Part shown: positions 31,748 through 41,855 of the stretch, in pieces
Position numbering within the stretch: the first letter of the stretch is position 1
How the letters are laid out: every line of letters starts with the position of its first letter
Source: an uncultured cyanobacterium
Lineage (GTDB): Bacteria; Cyanobacteriota; Cyanobacteriia; Cyanobacteriales; CAWCAG01
Reading direction: 5' to 3'
Assembly (NCBI GenBank): GCA_963803805.1
Contig: CAWDOD010000002.1
Span: 640,001 to 704,000 of the forward strand
DNA length: 64,000 bases
Translations under genes and position numbers: made by a program
Notes under the pieces: generated by a model
Seen by the model: only the letters and a program-made list of their open reading frames with translations
Told to the model about the DNA's origin: nothing
Databases searched by the model: none

Positions 31748-32239
31748 TTAATGATGAATATCTAAATTCAAAATGTAATTTCCTAAAGGAACTTTATCTG
31801 ACCACAACTCGTATTCCAACCTCAAGCTTTCTGGTAAAGAATTACCTGTTAGTTGTAGGCTACGAGTAAAGTTACGCAGGCGGATCGCTCCGTTTTCTTG
31901 TACTACTTGGCTATGTAGCCAATAGCGACTGATACCATAAACCCCTTCTTCCCAGAAATGGCGATAACCTATTTGGCTATTACCTTGCATCGTCATAATT
32001 ACTCGATAAGGAGAAATTTCTAGCCACAGCAAAGTAGACTGGGTTGTAGTTTGAGAACTCCTAGGAGAATTTGACAGGGAAGGGCTTTCTGAAGGTGTAA
32101 AATCAGGGTTACTCAAGAGTAAGTGAAACCGCTCTCGATCTTTTTGATACAAAGTAGCTGCGGTTTCAAAATTGTACCAAATTGGTAAATCAGTGGAAAT
32201 TAAAGACAGACAAATGGGCCTGCGGTGATGGGCCAGCAT
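31748..32239 (-). CDS. Conserved cyanobacterial hypothetical protein
   Basis: 163-aa ORF (LWLEISPYRVIMTMQG, YRHFWE, LRNFTR) co-oriented with map. Confidence 0.75.
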   Translation of the reverse strand: MLAHHRRPICLSLISTDLPIWYNFETAATLYQKDRERFHLLLSNPDFTPSESPSLSNSPRSSQTTTQSTLLWLEISPYRVIMTMQGNSQIGYRHFWEEGVYGISRYWLHSQVVQENGAIRLRNFTRSLQLTGNSLPESLRLEYELWSDKVPLGNYILNLDIHH

Positions 32240-32324
32240 GGAGTGTCACGAGAGAGTTAACATAACTAAGATAGCTTTAAAACTCCTTCATTGGCTTTTT
32301 TTTGAACTTTTTCGGTTGATTGTC

Positions 32325-32353
32325 TTGCAAAAGCTATTTGTTAGAGATATAAT
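32325..32353 (+). promoter_or_regulatory. Sigma70-type promoter of tRNA-Asn
   Basis: TTGCAA (32325-30), 17 bp spacer, TATAAT (32348-53); 30 bp upstream of the tRNA. Confidence 0.7.
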
Positions 32354-32382
32354 TATAAACTGTTGTCAACTGATAACTACAA

Positions 32383-32454
32383 TCCTCAGTAGCTCAGTGG
32401 TAGAGCGGTCGGCTGTTAACCGATTGGTCGTAAGTTCGAATCTTACCTGGGGAG
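32383..32454 (+). tRNA. trnN: tRNA-Asn (GTT)
   Basis: Cloverleaf: acceptor TCCTCAG/CTGGGGA, D arm GCTC/GAGC, anticodon arm GTCGG-CTGTTAA-CCGAT, T arm GTAAG-TTCGAAT-CTTAC; CCA not encoded. Confidence 0.97.
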
Positions 32455-32461
32455 TTTTAGC

Positions 32462-33043
32462 TCAATAACCAAAAACAACCTCTAAATCAAGTACAAAGCC
32501 TGGTAAAACTTCCTCTCCTGACAAAGTTAAAGGAGATTCTAAAACCTCAAGTTCTTTATTTTGTCGATAAATTTCAACTCGTTTGTTTTTTGCATCAATT
32601 AACCACCCCAAAAGCAAACCGTTATCTAAAAATTCCCGCATTTTTTTGTGTAAAGGTTCGGTGTTGTCACTTTTAGAACGCAACTCAATGACAAAATTAG
32701 GACAAAGAGGGGGAAAGGTTTCTTGTTGTTCTGGTGTTAGGGCATCCCATTTTTCTTTACTCATCCAAGCTGCATCAGGGGAACGATTGGCACTGTTGGG
32801 AAGCTTAAAAGCGGTAGAAGAATTGAAAGCAACTCCCAAACCTGTCTGACGATTCCAAAACCAGAGTTGCCCTTCTAAATCAATATTTCGCTTTCCTGTA
32901 TTTCCCCCGGTTGGTGGCATAGTAATTAATTCTCCTGTGGCACTACGTTCCAATCGTACATCTCCATTAGCGATCGCCAGTTGCTCAAACTGTTCTTGGG
33001 TTACTTTAAGAGTCTGGGGAATAATAACGGGAATCGTATTCAT
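32462..33043 (-). CDS. Uma2 family (DUF820) endonuclease-like protein
   Basis: LERSATGELITMPPTG, RSPDAAW, FVIELRSKSD, LGWLID. Confidence 0.92.
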   Translation of the reverse strand: MNTIPVIIPQTLKVTQEQFEQLAIANGDVRLERSATGELITMPPTGGNTGKRNIDLEGQLWFWNRQTGLGVAFNSSTAFKLPNSANRSPDAAWMSKEKWDALTPEQQETFPPLCPNFVIELRSKSDNTEPLHKKMREFLDNGLLLGWLIDAKNKRVEIYRQNKELEVLESPLTLSGEEVLPGFVLDLEVVFGY

Positions 33044-33093
33044 GTCAAAAAATCATTAATTTAGTCTAGGACAACAGCAAAGCCTTACAATAA

Positions 33094-34497
33094 TTAGTTC
33101 CTCGCCACTGAACCTGATGTCCTTCTGGGGCTTGTGGTAACATCTGGTTGAGCAGTCGGTTGATTAAAATGCTCGTAAGCAACGCGGGAAATTTCTTGAA
33201 TTAGTTGTTGGGCGCTAGAATCATTGCGAGGACGTTTCACCATCACTGAAGCGATATAACGCTTGCCACTGGGCATATCCACTTGACCTACATCTGCAAC
33301 TAGAGAACCTATATTACCTGTTTTATGAGCAATAGTTGCTCCTGGCTCTAAACCTTGGGGTAAGAGGCTATCATTAGCTGTCATCTCCATAATATCTAAG
33401 AGGCGATCGCGGGATTTCATCGAAACCAGTTGTCCCCGATTAACCACCGCCATTAAATTAGCTAACTCCTGGGGATTTGTGGTGTTAGTTCCTTCAATAT
33501 CCGGTAAGGGATTGTTAATGATGGTTGCAGTTAAGCCCCAACTACGGAAAAGGGCATTTAAGGCTTCCTTGCCTCCCAAGTGACGGATGATCATATTAGT
33601 AGCTGTGTTGTCACTAATTTCAATCATTTTAGTCGCTACTTCTAAAGCTGAATAGGTAGTTCCTAATTGTTGATATTGTAAATCTCCTGAACCATCCCCT
33701 ATATCACTTTCTTCTAAGGTTAAGGTATCGTTTAAATTAATTTTTCCTGCATCCACATTCTGGAAAAAAGCAACTAAAACTGGAACTTTAATTGTGCTAG
33801 CAGCAGCAAAGGTTTTATTACCTTGTAAATCTACATAATCCCCTGTATCTAAATCCATCAAAAACACCCCAGTATCTAACTGAGAATTAGCTTTGGTAAG
33901 GGCTTCTATTTCTGTTTTTAAAGTAGTAATCTCCTGCCCTAACAAAACCTTAACTTTACTACTAACATTCTCTGCACTTTCTTCTGTTGGTGTTACTGCA
34001 CTTTCTGCGGTAACTTGCCTCGTAGGGTTTACCGTAGAAATGATGGTTCCTACAATAGCGGCAAGACCAATACCTAAAATAAGTAAGCGAATAATATAAA
34101 TTAAAGGTGAAGGAGTTCGTTTAACTTTGCGGCGAGTCTTTTTGGGTATTGCTTTTTTTGGTTGGGAATTCCTTAAAGGTAGACTTGCTGCGGCAGATTC
34201 TCTCATCTGCCGCCTTCTTGCCACTCTTTTAGAAATACTATCTTGCCGGGATTGCCGTTGAGAACGCGGAGGAATCCCTTTGAAATTGGCAGCAGAAGGT
34301 TTTTGACCAACAGCATCAGGGGAGCCACTTCTCCTTCTCTGGCGAAGTTTCCGAGACGATAAACTGGTCACTCGTTCGGTAGGCTGTTTGCGCCCCGTTT
34401 GAGACAATGATCTCCTCGCCCGACTCTGGGAAGGCAAAGATGTCGAATTGTTCAATTTCCTTGACTCAAACGGCCGTGGATTAAACTGTTTGGTCAC
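33094..34497 (-). CDS. Membrane-anchored class A beta-lactamase-like serine hydrolase (PBP-A-like)
   Basis: Basic N-terminal tail, TM helix, SxxK (ASTIK), SDN and KTG motifs. Confidence 0.87.
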   Translation of the reverse strand: MTKQFNPRPFESRKLNNSTSLPSQSRARRSLSQTGRKQPTERVTSLSSRKLRQRRRSGSPDAVGQKPSAANFKGIPPRSQRQSRQDSISKRVARRRQMRESAAASLPLRNSQPKKAIPKKTRRKVKRTPSPLIYIIRLLILGIGLAAIVGTIISTVNPTRQVTAESAVTPTEESAENVSSKVKVLLGQEITTLKTEIEALTKANSQLDTGVFLMDLDTGDYVDLQGNKTFAAASTIKVPVLVAFFQNVDAGKINLNDTLTLEESDIGDGSGDLQYQQLGTTYSALEVATKMIEISDNTATNMIIRHLGGKEALNALFRSWGLTATIINNPLPDIEGTNTTNPQELANLMAVVNRGQLVSMKSRDRLLDIMEMTANDSLLPQGLEPGATIAHKTGNIGSLVADVGQVDMPSGKRYIASVMVKRPRNDSSAQQLIQEISRVAYEHFNQPTAQPDVTTSPRRTSGSVARN

Positions 34498-34575
34498 ATC
34501 TACTACTCCTATTTCTAACTTGCTAGTTGCTAATGGTCAGTTGATAATGGTCAATAGTTGTAGTGGGGGACAGGA

Positions 34576-34599
34576 TTCGCGTAGCGTTGCCGCAGGCTA
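34576..34599. repeat. Small dispersed repeat (SDR-like) embedded in heptamer repeats
   Basis: TTCGCGTAGCGTTGCCGCAGGCTA; related copies at 24057-24083 (reverse) and at 62804-62827 and 62843-62866. Confidence 0.5.
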
Positions 34600-34627
34600 C
34601 AGTATATTCTTACCCATTACCTATTGC

Positions 34628-35371
34628 CTATTGCTTATCACTCTTCCTCGCCCAATTCATTTGCCGTAGAATCCCCCTCAACATAGCAACCTCCTCTTGG
34701 GTTAAATTCCCTCGATTATACAAGCGGCGAAGCTTTTCCATACGGGCTTTAGCAGTATGGGGATAAAGATAACCTATTTTTAATAATAGGTCTTCTAACT
34801 GTTGGTAGTATCCTTCTAAAACATCTAAGGTAGCAGTGTCAGGATTCTCTGTTGAGCTTGTTTGGTCTTGGCTAGCCAAGTATAATTCGTAACTACAAAC
34901 TGCTACTGCTTGAGCTAAGTTTAGAGAAGGATACTCTGGATTAGCCGGAATGGAGATAAACTTTTGGGCATAATTCAACTCTTCATTACTCAAACCTCGG
35001 TCTTCTCTACCAAATATTAATGCCGAAGCAAGATTTTTGCCCAGTAACCAAGCAATTCCCTCTCTTGGAGTATAAAATTGGTTAGATAAAGCGCGGGAAC
35101 GGGCTGTAGTTGCCATTGCTCTTTGACATCCTTGCAATGCCATAGGTAAACTCTCAACTTGCTGTACTTGTTTGAGAATATCTATACCGTGCATAGCCAT
35201 TTTGCGTGCTTCTAGACTCTGGGCATCACACTGAGGATTTACGAGGATTAGTTGCTGCAAACCCATATTTTTCATTACCCGTGCCACAGAACCAACATTG
35301 AGCGCCCCAGCAGGTTCTACCAAAACAATCCGCACCCCAGCTAATACCATTGATCCTTTATCGTTAAACAT
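34628..35371 (-). CDS. trmJ: RNA methyltransferase, TrmJ/LasT (SPOUT) family
   Basis: VLVEPAGALNVGSVARVMKNMG, FGREDRGLSNEEL, YPSLNLAQAV. Confidence 0.9.
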   Translation of the reverse strand: MFNDKGSMVLAGVRIVLVEPAGALNVGSVARVMKNMGLQQLILVNPQCDAQSLEARKMAMHGIDILKQVQQVESLPMALQGCQRAMATTARSRALSNQFYTPREGIAWLLGKNLASALIFGREDRGLSNEELNYAQKFISIPANPEYPSLNLAQAVAVCSYELYLASQDQTSSTENPDTATLDVLEGYYQQLEDLLLKIGYLYPHTAKARMEKLRRLYNRGNLTQEEVAMLRGILRQMNWARKSDKQ

Positions 35372-35687
35372 CGATCAACATCTTTCCATACTTTTTGCTA
35401 GTTAGCTTCAAATTGAATTAATATTTTCTCTTATTCAGTTACTTGAAATTACGTAATTGATTTTGTTTTTCTCAGGGATTTTCCTGAAATATCTAATTGT
35501 CCCTACCGAGAAACAAATATTTCTGACACAATAAATCAAGGGCAGAACATATCAGGTTTAAATGTGTCTAGCAAATAAAAGATACATAATGTTAATGGCT
35601 AATGGCTATTAAGTTAACGAGCATCTTCAAGCCTACAGGGAGCAGTGGCAAAAGCGCTAACCAAAAATAATCTCATTCTAATTGCTT

Positions 35688-38600
35688 ATGAGCAGCAATC
35701 GAGCGGATATAATAAGGGCCAATATCCTTTTTGTTGACAATTCGTTGCCTGATTTGCAGAATCTGTCCGCAAGATTAATAGAGAAAGGGTATAAGCTCAA
35801 AGAATTTTTTCAGTCAAGTCAGGTAATCGCCGCTATCCATTCTGTGGCTCCTGCTCTAATTTTACTTAAAGCAGGAAAGCCTGGTTATCAAATTTGCCAG
35901 GAACTTAAAGCCGAAACAAACACTAGCAAAGTTCCTGTTATCTTTATTCTTGAAGCCGAGCAATTAAAAGAACGAGAAAAAATTTATAGTAGCGGTGCTA
36001 CGGACTATATCATTACTCCTTTTTTACCAGAAGAACTGTTTGGCCGCCTCGAAAAACAATTACCCTATCAAGAAAAAACCTTACAATATCGTGCGGCTAG
36101 GGATAGTTTACTTAGTAATATTTCTCAGCAATTTATTGACCAAGACTTAGATGTCGCTATTGATTTTGCTTTACAAGCTTTAGGGGAATTTTTAGCAGGG
36201 GATCGCGCCTATGTTTATCGCTATAAAGATGATGCTGATTATATAGATTTGACCCATGAATGGTGTAAAGATGGTATTGATTCTCTCAAGTCTCAATATC
36301 AAAGCGTTTGTGTTAGCGATTATTCTTGGTTGCATAGTAATCTTTTAGAGTTTAAAACTCTCCAAGTTCATAATGTTGCTGCCTTGCCTCCTGAAGCAGC
36401 CCCAGAAAAGGCAGAGTTTGAGAAAAACCAAGTCAAGTCTTTTGTAGAAGTTCCCATGAGTCACAAAGGGATAGTGGTGGGTTTTGTTGGGCTGGAGGTG
36501 ATTGGTGCTTCCCGAAAGTGGAGTAGCGAAGATATAGATTTATTTGAGCGTGTCGGCACTTTAATGGCGATCGCGCAAGCTAGGTATGAGGTTGAGAAAG
36601 CCCTACAAAAGAGTAACAAAAGATACGGCAATCTTGCTGCCAATGTCCCAGGCATGATTTTTCGCGCCAAACTGCTTCGTGATGGCTCTTGGAAATTTAT
36701 TTATGTTAGTTCTGCTTGTCGGGATATTTATGGAGTAGATCCAGAAAAAGCGATTGAAGATGCTAATTTAGTTCTCAGAACTATTTATCCTGATGATTTA
36801 GAAAGAGCCAACGAACTTACTGCTATATCTGCCAAAACTCTAGAACCAATGCACTGGGCAGGAAGAATTTTGGTAGGAGGTAGAACAAAATGGATTCAAT
36901 CAGACTCACGGCCAGAAAAACTGAAGAATGGTAGCATTGTTTGGGATGGTATATTAACAGAAATTACCCAACGTAAGCGAGTTGAAGTTGCTTTACGGGA
37001 AAGCCAAAAAAGATTAGCGGGTATTTTGGATAATGCCGAAGAAGCAATTATTTCGGTAGATGAAGAAAACAAGATCCTTCTTTTTAATCAAGGTGCAGAA
37101 AAGATTTTTGGTTATACAACAGAAGAAATCTTAGGTCACTCTTTAGATATTCTTCTCCCTAAAGCTATTCGGAGTATCCACTCTGAACATATCAATAACT
37201 TTGGTGATTCTCCTCAGCAAGCACGGAAAATGGCTGAACGTTCCGGGAAAGTTTTTGCTCTACGCAAAGATGGCTCCCAATTTCCTGCTGAAGCATCTAT
37301 TTCTAAGTTGCAATTACAAGACGGCAAAATTTTTACCGTCATGCTTAAAGATATTAGTGATCGCCTCAAAACAGAGAAAGCCCTCCGTCAAAGTGAGTTG
37401 AAGTTTCGTAGCATAGTAGAAAATGCTAGGGATATTATTTACTTACTGACCCTAGAAGGAGTATTTTCCTACGCTGCCCCTAATTGGACTGATATTTTAG
37501 GGCATGATGTAGATGAGGTGTTAGGAAAACATTTTGCTGACTTTGTTCATCCCGACGACTTAGAAAAATGCGCTACTTTTTATGCCCAACTCCTAGAAGC
37601 AACAGAAAAACTCGACGGTATTGAATATCGAGTTAAACATAAAAATGGTAGCTGGCGTTGGCATATATCTAACCTTTCAGCAGTAAGGGATGAAGAAGAT
37701 ACAGTACTATACTGCATCGGTATTGCCAGGGATATTAGCGATCGCAAGCAGTCTGAAGCCGAATTGCAACAAGCTAAAGAAGCAGCCGATGCTGCTAACC
37801 GGGCAAAAAGCGAGTTTTTGGCTAATATGAGCCATGAGTTGCGAACACCCCTCAATGCCATTTTAGGCTTTACTCAAGTGATGAACCGCGATCGCAACCT
37901 TACCAAAGAACAAAGGAATAATTTAGAAATTATCAACCGCAGTGGAGAGCATTTACTGTCCTTAATTAACGACGTGTTGGAGATGTCTAAAATTGAGGCA
38001 GGAAGGACAACTTTTAATCCTGGGAGTTTCGATCTCTATCGTTTGCTAGAAGATATTGAAGATATGTTGGAAAATAGAGCTACTAGCAAAGGTTTACAGC
38101 TTCTGTTTGAATTCGCTCCTAATTTACCCCAATATATCAAAACCGACGAGGGTAAATTACGTCAAGTACTCATTAATCTTCTTGGTAACGGTATTAAGTT
38201 TACTGAAGAAGGAGGAGTTTCTTTACGGGTTGGGGAAATTTCTCAAGGTAACAATAATGGTAACGGTAAAATCAGGCTGCGTTTTGAAGTTGAAGATACA
38301 GGCCCAGGTATATCTGCTAAGGAAAAGGAACAGCTTTTTCAAGCCTTTGGCCAAACCGAAACTGGTTGGAAATCTCAACAGGGTACAGGTTTAGGGCTGC
38401 CGATTAGTCGCAGGTTTGTCCAAATGATGGGAGGAGACATTCAAGTTAAGAGCCAATTAGATCATGGTTCAATTTTCACCTTTGATATCCAAGCTAGACG
38501 AGCTACGGCACAGGAAGTTGAACCTGCTGCCCCCAAACGTCAGATTGTTAGTTTAGCACCAGATCAACCTACTTATCGTATCTTAGTTGTAGAAGATCGC

Positions 38601-39236
38601 TGGGCCAATCGCCAACTTCTGTTGAAGTTGTTACTCTCTATCGGTTTTGAAGTTGAAGAAGCTAAGAATGGGCAAGAAGCGATTGAAATTTGGGAAAGTT
38701 GGGAACCTCACCTAATTTGGATGGATATGCGAATGCCAGTTATGAATGGCTATGAAGCATCAAAACGAATCAAAAGTACCACCAAAGGTCAAGCTACAGT
38801 TATTATTGCCCTAACAGCAAGCGCTTTTGAAGAAGACAGAAAGGCTGTTTTATCCATTGGTTGCGATGACTTTTTGCGTAAGCCATTTCGCGAAGAAGTA
38901 TTATTAGAAAAAATTGCTCAGCATTTGGGAGTACGCTATATCTATGCACAAGGAGAAAAAGAGTTTACCAATAGTGACAAATTAGGGGATGGTGAAGCTA
39001 ATTCACAAATAGAACAGTCTATTAGTACTTATCTATCACAAATGCCCCCAGAATGGACAATGCAACTAAAAGAAGCGGCAATTCAAGGTTTTGATGAGCA
39101 GATCCTGGAATTGATTGCAGCTATACCCCCAAACTATAGTTCCCTGTCTCAAGCTTTAGAAGATTACGCTCACAATTTTCGCTTTGATAAAGTAAGAGAC
39201 TTAATTCAACAGATTAATGAAGAACAACCAAGCTGA
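35688..39236 (+). CDS. Hybrid sensor histidine kinase (pseudo-REC, GAF, 3xPAS, HisKA, HATPase, REC)
   Basis: FLANMSHELRTPLN, QVLINLLGNGIKF, GTGLGL, WMDMRMP; the N-terminal receiver has K in place of the phospho-Asp (LILLKAGKP). Confidence 0.93.
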   Translation: MSSNRADIIRANILFVDNSLPDLQNLSARLIEKGYKLKEFFQSSQVIAAIHSVAPALILLKAGKPGYQICQELKAETNTSKVPVIFILEAEQLKEREKIYSSGATDYIITPFLPEELFGRLEKQLPYQEKTLQYRAARDSLLSNISQQFIDQDLDVAIDFALQALGEFLAGDRAYVYRYKDDADYIDLTHEWCKDGIDSLKSQYQSVCVSDYSWLHSNLLEFKTLQVHNVAALPPEAAPEKAEFEKNQVKSFVEVPMSHKGIVVGFVGLEVIGASRKWSSEDIDLFERVGTLMAIAQARYEVEKALQKSNKRYGNLAANVPGMIFRAKLLRDGSWKFIYVSSACRDIYGVDPEKAIEDANLVLRTIYPDDLERANELTAISAKTLEPMHWAGRILVGGRTKWIQSDSRPEKLKNGSIVWDGILTEITQRKRVEVALRESQKRLAGILDNAEEAIISVDEENKILLFNQGAEKIFGYTTEEILGHSLDILLPKAIRSIHSEHINNFGDSPQQARKMAERSGKVFALRKDGSQFPAEASISKLQLQDGKIFTVMLKDISDRLKTEKALRQSELKFRSIVENARDIIYLLTLEGVFSYAAPNWTDILGHDVDEVLGKHFADFVHPDDLEKCATFYAQLLEATEKLDGIEYRVKHKNGSWRWHISNLSAVRDEEDTVLYCIGIARDISDRKQSEAELQQAKEAADAANRAKSEFLANMSHELRTPLNAILGFTQVMNRDRNLTKEQRNNLEIINRSGEHLLSLINDVLEMSKIEAGRTTFNPGSFDLYRLLEDIEDMLENRATSKGLQLLFEFAPNLPQYIKTDEGKLRQVLINLLGNGIKFTEEGGVSLRVGEISQGNNNGNGKIRLRFEVEDTGPGISAKEKEQLFQAFGQTETGWKSQQGTGLGLPISRRFVQMMGGDIQVKSQLDHGSIFTFDIQARRATAQEVEPAAPKRQIVSLAPDQPTYRILVVEDRWANRQLLLKLLLSIGFEVEEAKNGQEAIEIWESWEPHLIWMDMRMPVMNGYEASKRIKSTTKGQATVIIALTASAFEEDRKAVLSIGCDDFLRKPFREEVLLEKIAQHLGVRYIYAQGEKEFTNSDKLGDGEANSQIEQSISTYLSQMPPEWTMQLKEAAIQGFDEQILELIAAIPPNYSSLSQALEDYAHNFRFDKVRDLIQQINEEQPS

Positions 39237-40341
39237 TGCTTCACGAGGAGATATTCTTCTTGTTGATGATACCCCCAATAACCTCCGCCTCCTCTCAGTG
39301 ATGCTGAAAAAGCAGGGATATAAAGTCCGGAAAGCTTTAAATGGTCAGATGGCTTTAGATTCAGTAGCAGCTAATTTGCCTGACTTGATTTTACTAGATA
39401 TTAGTATGCCGGAGATGGATGGTTATGAAGTTTGTGAACGTCTTAAAACCCAGGAAGAGACTCGCGAAGTGCCAGTTATTTTTATTAGTGCTTTAGATAA
39501 TGTTTTTGATAAAGTCAAAGCTTTTGAAGTGGGGGGTATAGATTATATTACTAAGCCTTTCCAGGATGCAGAAGTATTTGCTAGGGTAGAAAATCAATTA
39601 CAAATTCAACAACTGCAATTTAGTCTCAAACAAAAAACTAAAGAATTAGAAAAGCAAAATATCTTACTGCAACAAGAAATTTGCGATCGCGAAAAAGTAG
39701 AGAATGCCCTACGTATAGAACAAAGGAAATCAGAAACTTTACTCCTCAACATTTTTCCAGCAGCTATTGCCCAAAAGTTAAAACAGGCACATCAATCTAT
39801 TGCTGAACAATACGAAGAAGTAACTATCCTTTTTGCTGATATTGTCGGTTTCACTCCTTTAGCAGCAAGTATTTCTCCTAAAGAAATAGTTGATATTCTT
39901 AACAAGATTTTTTCTGCTTTTGACCAACTAACTCTAAAGCATGGTTTAGAAAAAATCAAGACCATTGGTGATGCTTACATGGTGGTAGGAGGGCTGCCTA
40001 CACCAAAAAGCGATCATGCTGAGGCGATCGCCCAAATGGCTTTAGATATGCAAGCTTGTATTGGAGATTTTTCTAGGGAGAAAGGGGAACCTTTTCAAAT
40101 ACGTATTGGCATTAATACAGGCCCTGTTGTAGCAGGAGTAATTGGTAAAAACAAATTTATCTACGATTTATGGGGAGATGCGGTTAATGTTGCTTCTCGT
40201 ATGGAGTCTTCAGCAGAACCAGGTAAAATTCAAGTTTCTGCTCACAGTTATGAGTTATTAAAAGGGAAATATAACTTTGAAGAAAGAGGGAAGATTAAAG
40301 TGAAAGGTAAAGGGGAAATGATTAGTTATTGGCTAGTTTGA
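39217..40341 (+). CDS. Response regulator-adenylate cyclase (REC + class III cyclase)
   Basis: LILLDISMP; ILFADIVGFT, EKIKTIGDAYM, YDLWGDAVNVASRMES (ATP-specifying K and D). Confidence 0.92.
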   Translation: MKNNQADASRGDILLVDDTPNNLRLLSVMLKKQGYKVRKALNGQMALDSVAANLPDLILLDISMPEMDGYEVCERLKTQEETREVPVIFISALDNVFDKVKAFEVGGIDYITKPFQDAEVFARVENQLQIQQLQFSLKQKTKELEKQNILLQQEICDREKVENALRIEQRKSETLLLNIFPAAIAQKLKQAHQSIAEQYEEVTILFADIVGFTPLAASISPKEIVDILNKIFSAFDQLTLKHGLEKIKTIGDAYMVVGGLPTPKSDHAEAIAQMALDMQACIGDFSREKGEPFQIRIGINTGPVVAGVIGKNKFIYDLWGDAVNVASRMESSAEPGKIQVSAHSYELLKGKYNFEERGKIKVKGKGEMISYWLV

Positions 40342-40412
40342 AGTAATAGGTAATGGCTAAAAATTAAGTTCTGCTATGGTTAGCAACTAGCAATTAACAA
40401 TTAATTTAGAAA

Positions 40413-41018
40413 ATGTCTTTCAATAGATACAAAAATATCGGTCAGGTGTTGAAGGAATACAGTATTTTTGCCCAGGAAAAAGATTTTCTTCAAGAACAGC
40501 CAATGGTTATTCGAGAAATATTCAAAGAAGAATTAGCTTTTTCTTTGAGAGAGTTTGTGATAGGAGAATCAGAATATGCTGTTTGCGAAACAATTATTTT
40601 TCCTGTTCTAAGAGAAGTTTATAGAAGCTACCGAGATAAATTTACTCTTTGGAGTCATAAAACTATTACTTACAATGAACAGTTATCAGGTCAACCAGAC
40701 TATCTTTTAGCCAAGAGATCGCCGTTAGGTAAAGAAGTATTTGAGCAACCTTTCTTTGTCGCTGTAGAAGCAAAGAAAGATGATTTTATGCAAGGTTGGG
40801 GACAATGCTTAGCAGAAATGATTGCTATTCAAAAAATTAATAAATTACCAGAGGAACAAACTGTATTTGGTATTGTTTCCAATGGGCAAGTCTGGCAATT
40901 TGGGCAACTCACACAAGCCTGTTTCACCAAAAATATCCAAGTTTATATTATTCAAGAATTAGATAAACTCTTTGCTGCTATAAATTATATCTTTCAAGAG
41001 TGCGAACTACAGTTATAA
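40413..41018 (+). CDS. Hypothetical protein, PD-(D/E)xK nuclease-like
   Basis: GQPDYLLA...VAVEAKKDDF...GWGQCLAEM, FGIVSNG. Confidence 0.7.
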   Translation: MSFNRYKNIGQVLKEYSIFAQEKDFLQEQPMVIREIFKEELAFSLREFVIGESEYAVCETIIFPVLREVYRSYRDKFTLWSHKTITYNEQLSGQPDYLLAKRSPLGKEVFEQPFFVAVEAKKDDFMQGWGQCLAEMIAIQKINKLPEEQTVFGIVSNGQVWQFGQLTQACFTKNIQVYIIQELDKLFAAINYIFQECELQL

Positions 41019-41090
41019 TCATTGAAAATAATTAACAATTCTACTTTATAGTTCATTAGCTTGGGCTATTTCCCTCTCCCTATCACCCTT

Positions 41091-41459
41091 CTAATTAAAC
41101 ATTGCTTTTTCTTCAATCTGAGCTTTAAGCTCAACTAAAAGGTAGTCAAGTTCAATTTGGGGGAGATTAAAATTTCCATTCAATATAGCATTGTAGGCAG
41201 CAATCTTTTCCCGTATTGAATAACCTTGACCCAAAATAATATCAACAAGCTCCCTTGTTAGGTTAGGCATTTTTGTTATCAACTCATCAATAGAAGCTAA
41301 AATAAGACACTTCTGTTGCTTTATTTGTTCTTGTTTAAAAGCCTCATCTTGGAACCATTGTCGGATAGTAAAAACACCAATATTAAGTTCAAAAGCAACT
41401 TGCTCTTGGGTTTGTCCGGCATTAAGTAAGGCCAGAGCTTGATAAAACTTGATTTCCAT
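41091..41459 (-). CDS. Small HTH protein (phage terminase-small-subunit/phBC6A51-like)
   Basis: QALALLNAGQTQEQVAFELNIGVFTIRQW HTH followed by a helical tail. Confidence 0.6.
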   Translation of the reverse strand: MEIKFYQALALLNAGQTQEQVAFELNIGVFTIRQWFQDEAFKQEQIKQQKCLILASIDELITKMPNLTRELVDIILGQGYSIREKIAAYNAILNGNFNLPQIELDYLLVELKAQIEEKAMFN

Positions 41460-41855
41460 AGGTTTGTACCAAAATGCTAGACTTCTTATAAATATAGATA
41501 AAGCAAAATTGAATGTTGAACAAGCGCCAAATCGCTTAAGGTAAATGGCTTACTGGAATAAGGACTCAGGCATTTAATTTATTTGTTAAGGGAGATACGG
41601 AATAAGGTAAGAAGGATGCGAAAACTATCGTACTCTTTGCCGATTTCCTAAATTAAATAATATTTAGCTTTGTCTACAAATTGGATAATGGACAAGCCGA
41701 TTTGCCTCTACTGAATTCTTCTATACTAAAAAAATAGTCAGCATCTATACTTGTAAATTAGCTAACAACCTTTAAAATTAACTATCAAATAAAATAGGGA
41801 CTATTGTTTCTACCCTGCAAGCTCGAAAAATATTACTCTTTAACAAAAAAATATT

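Noticed and set aside
32238-32468. 76-aa ORF
   Set aside because: Runs through the tRNA-Asn gene and its promoter; spurious.
32383-33043. tRNA-Asn as an integration site for an island
   Set aside because: No integrase and no duplicated tRNA 3' end seen; only a lone Uma2 gene follows.
33094-34497. True beta-lactamase resistance gene
   Set aside because: Membrane-anchored cyanobacterial PBP-like homolog; no clear Glu166-type omega-loop motif.
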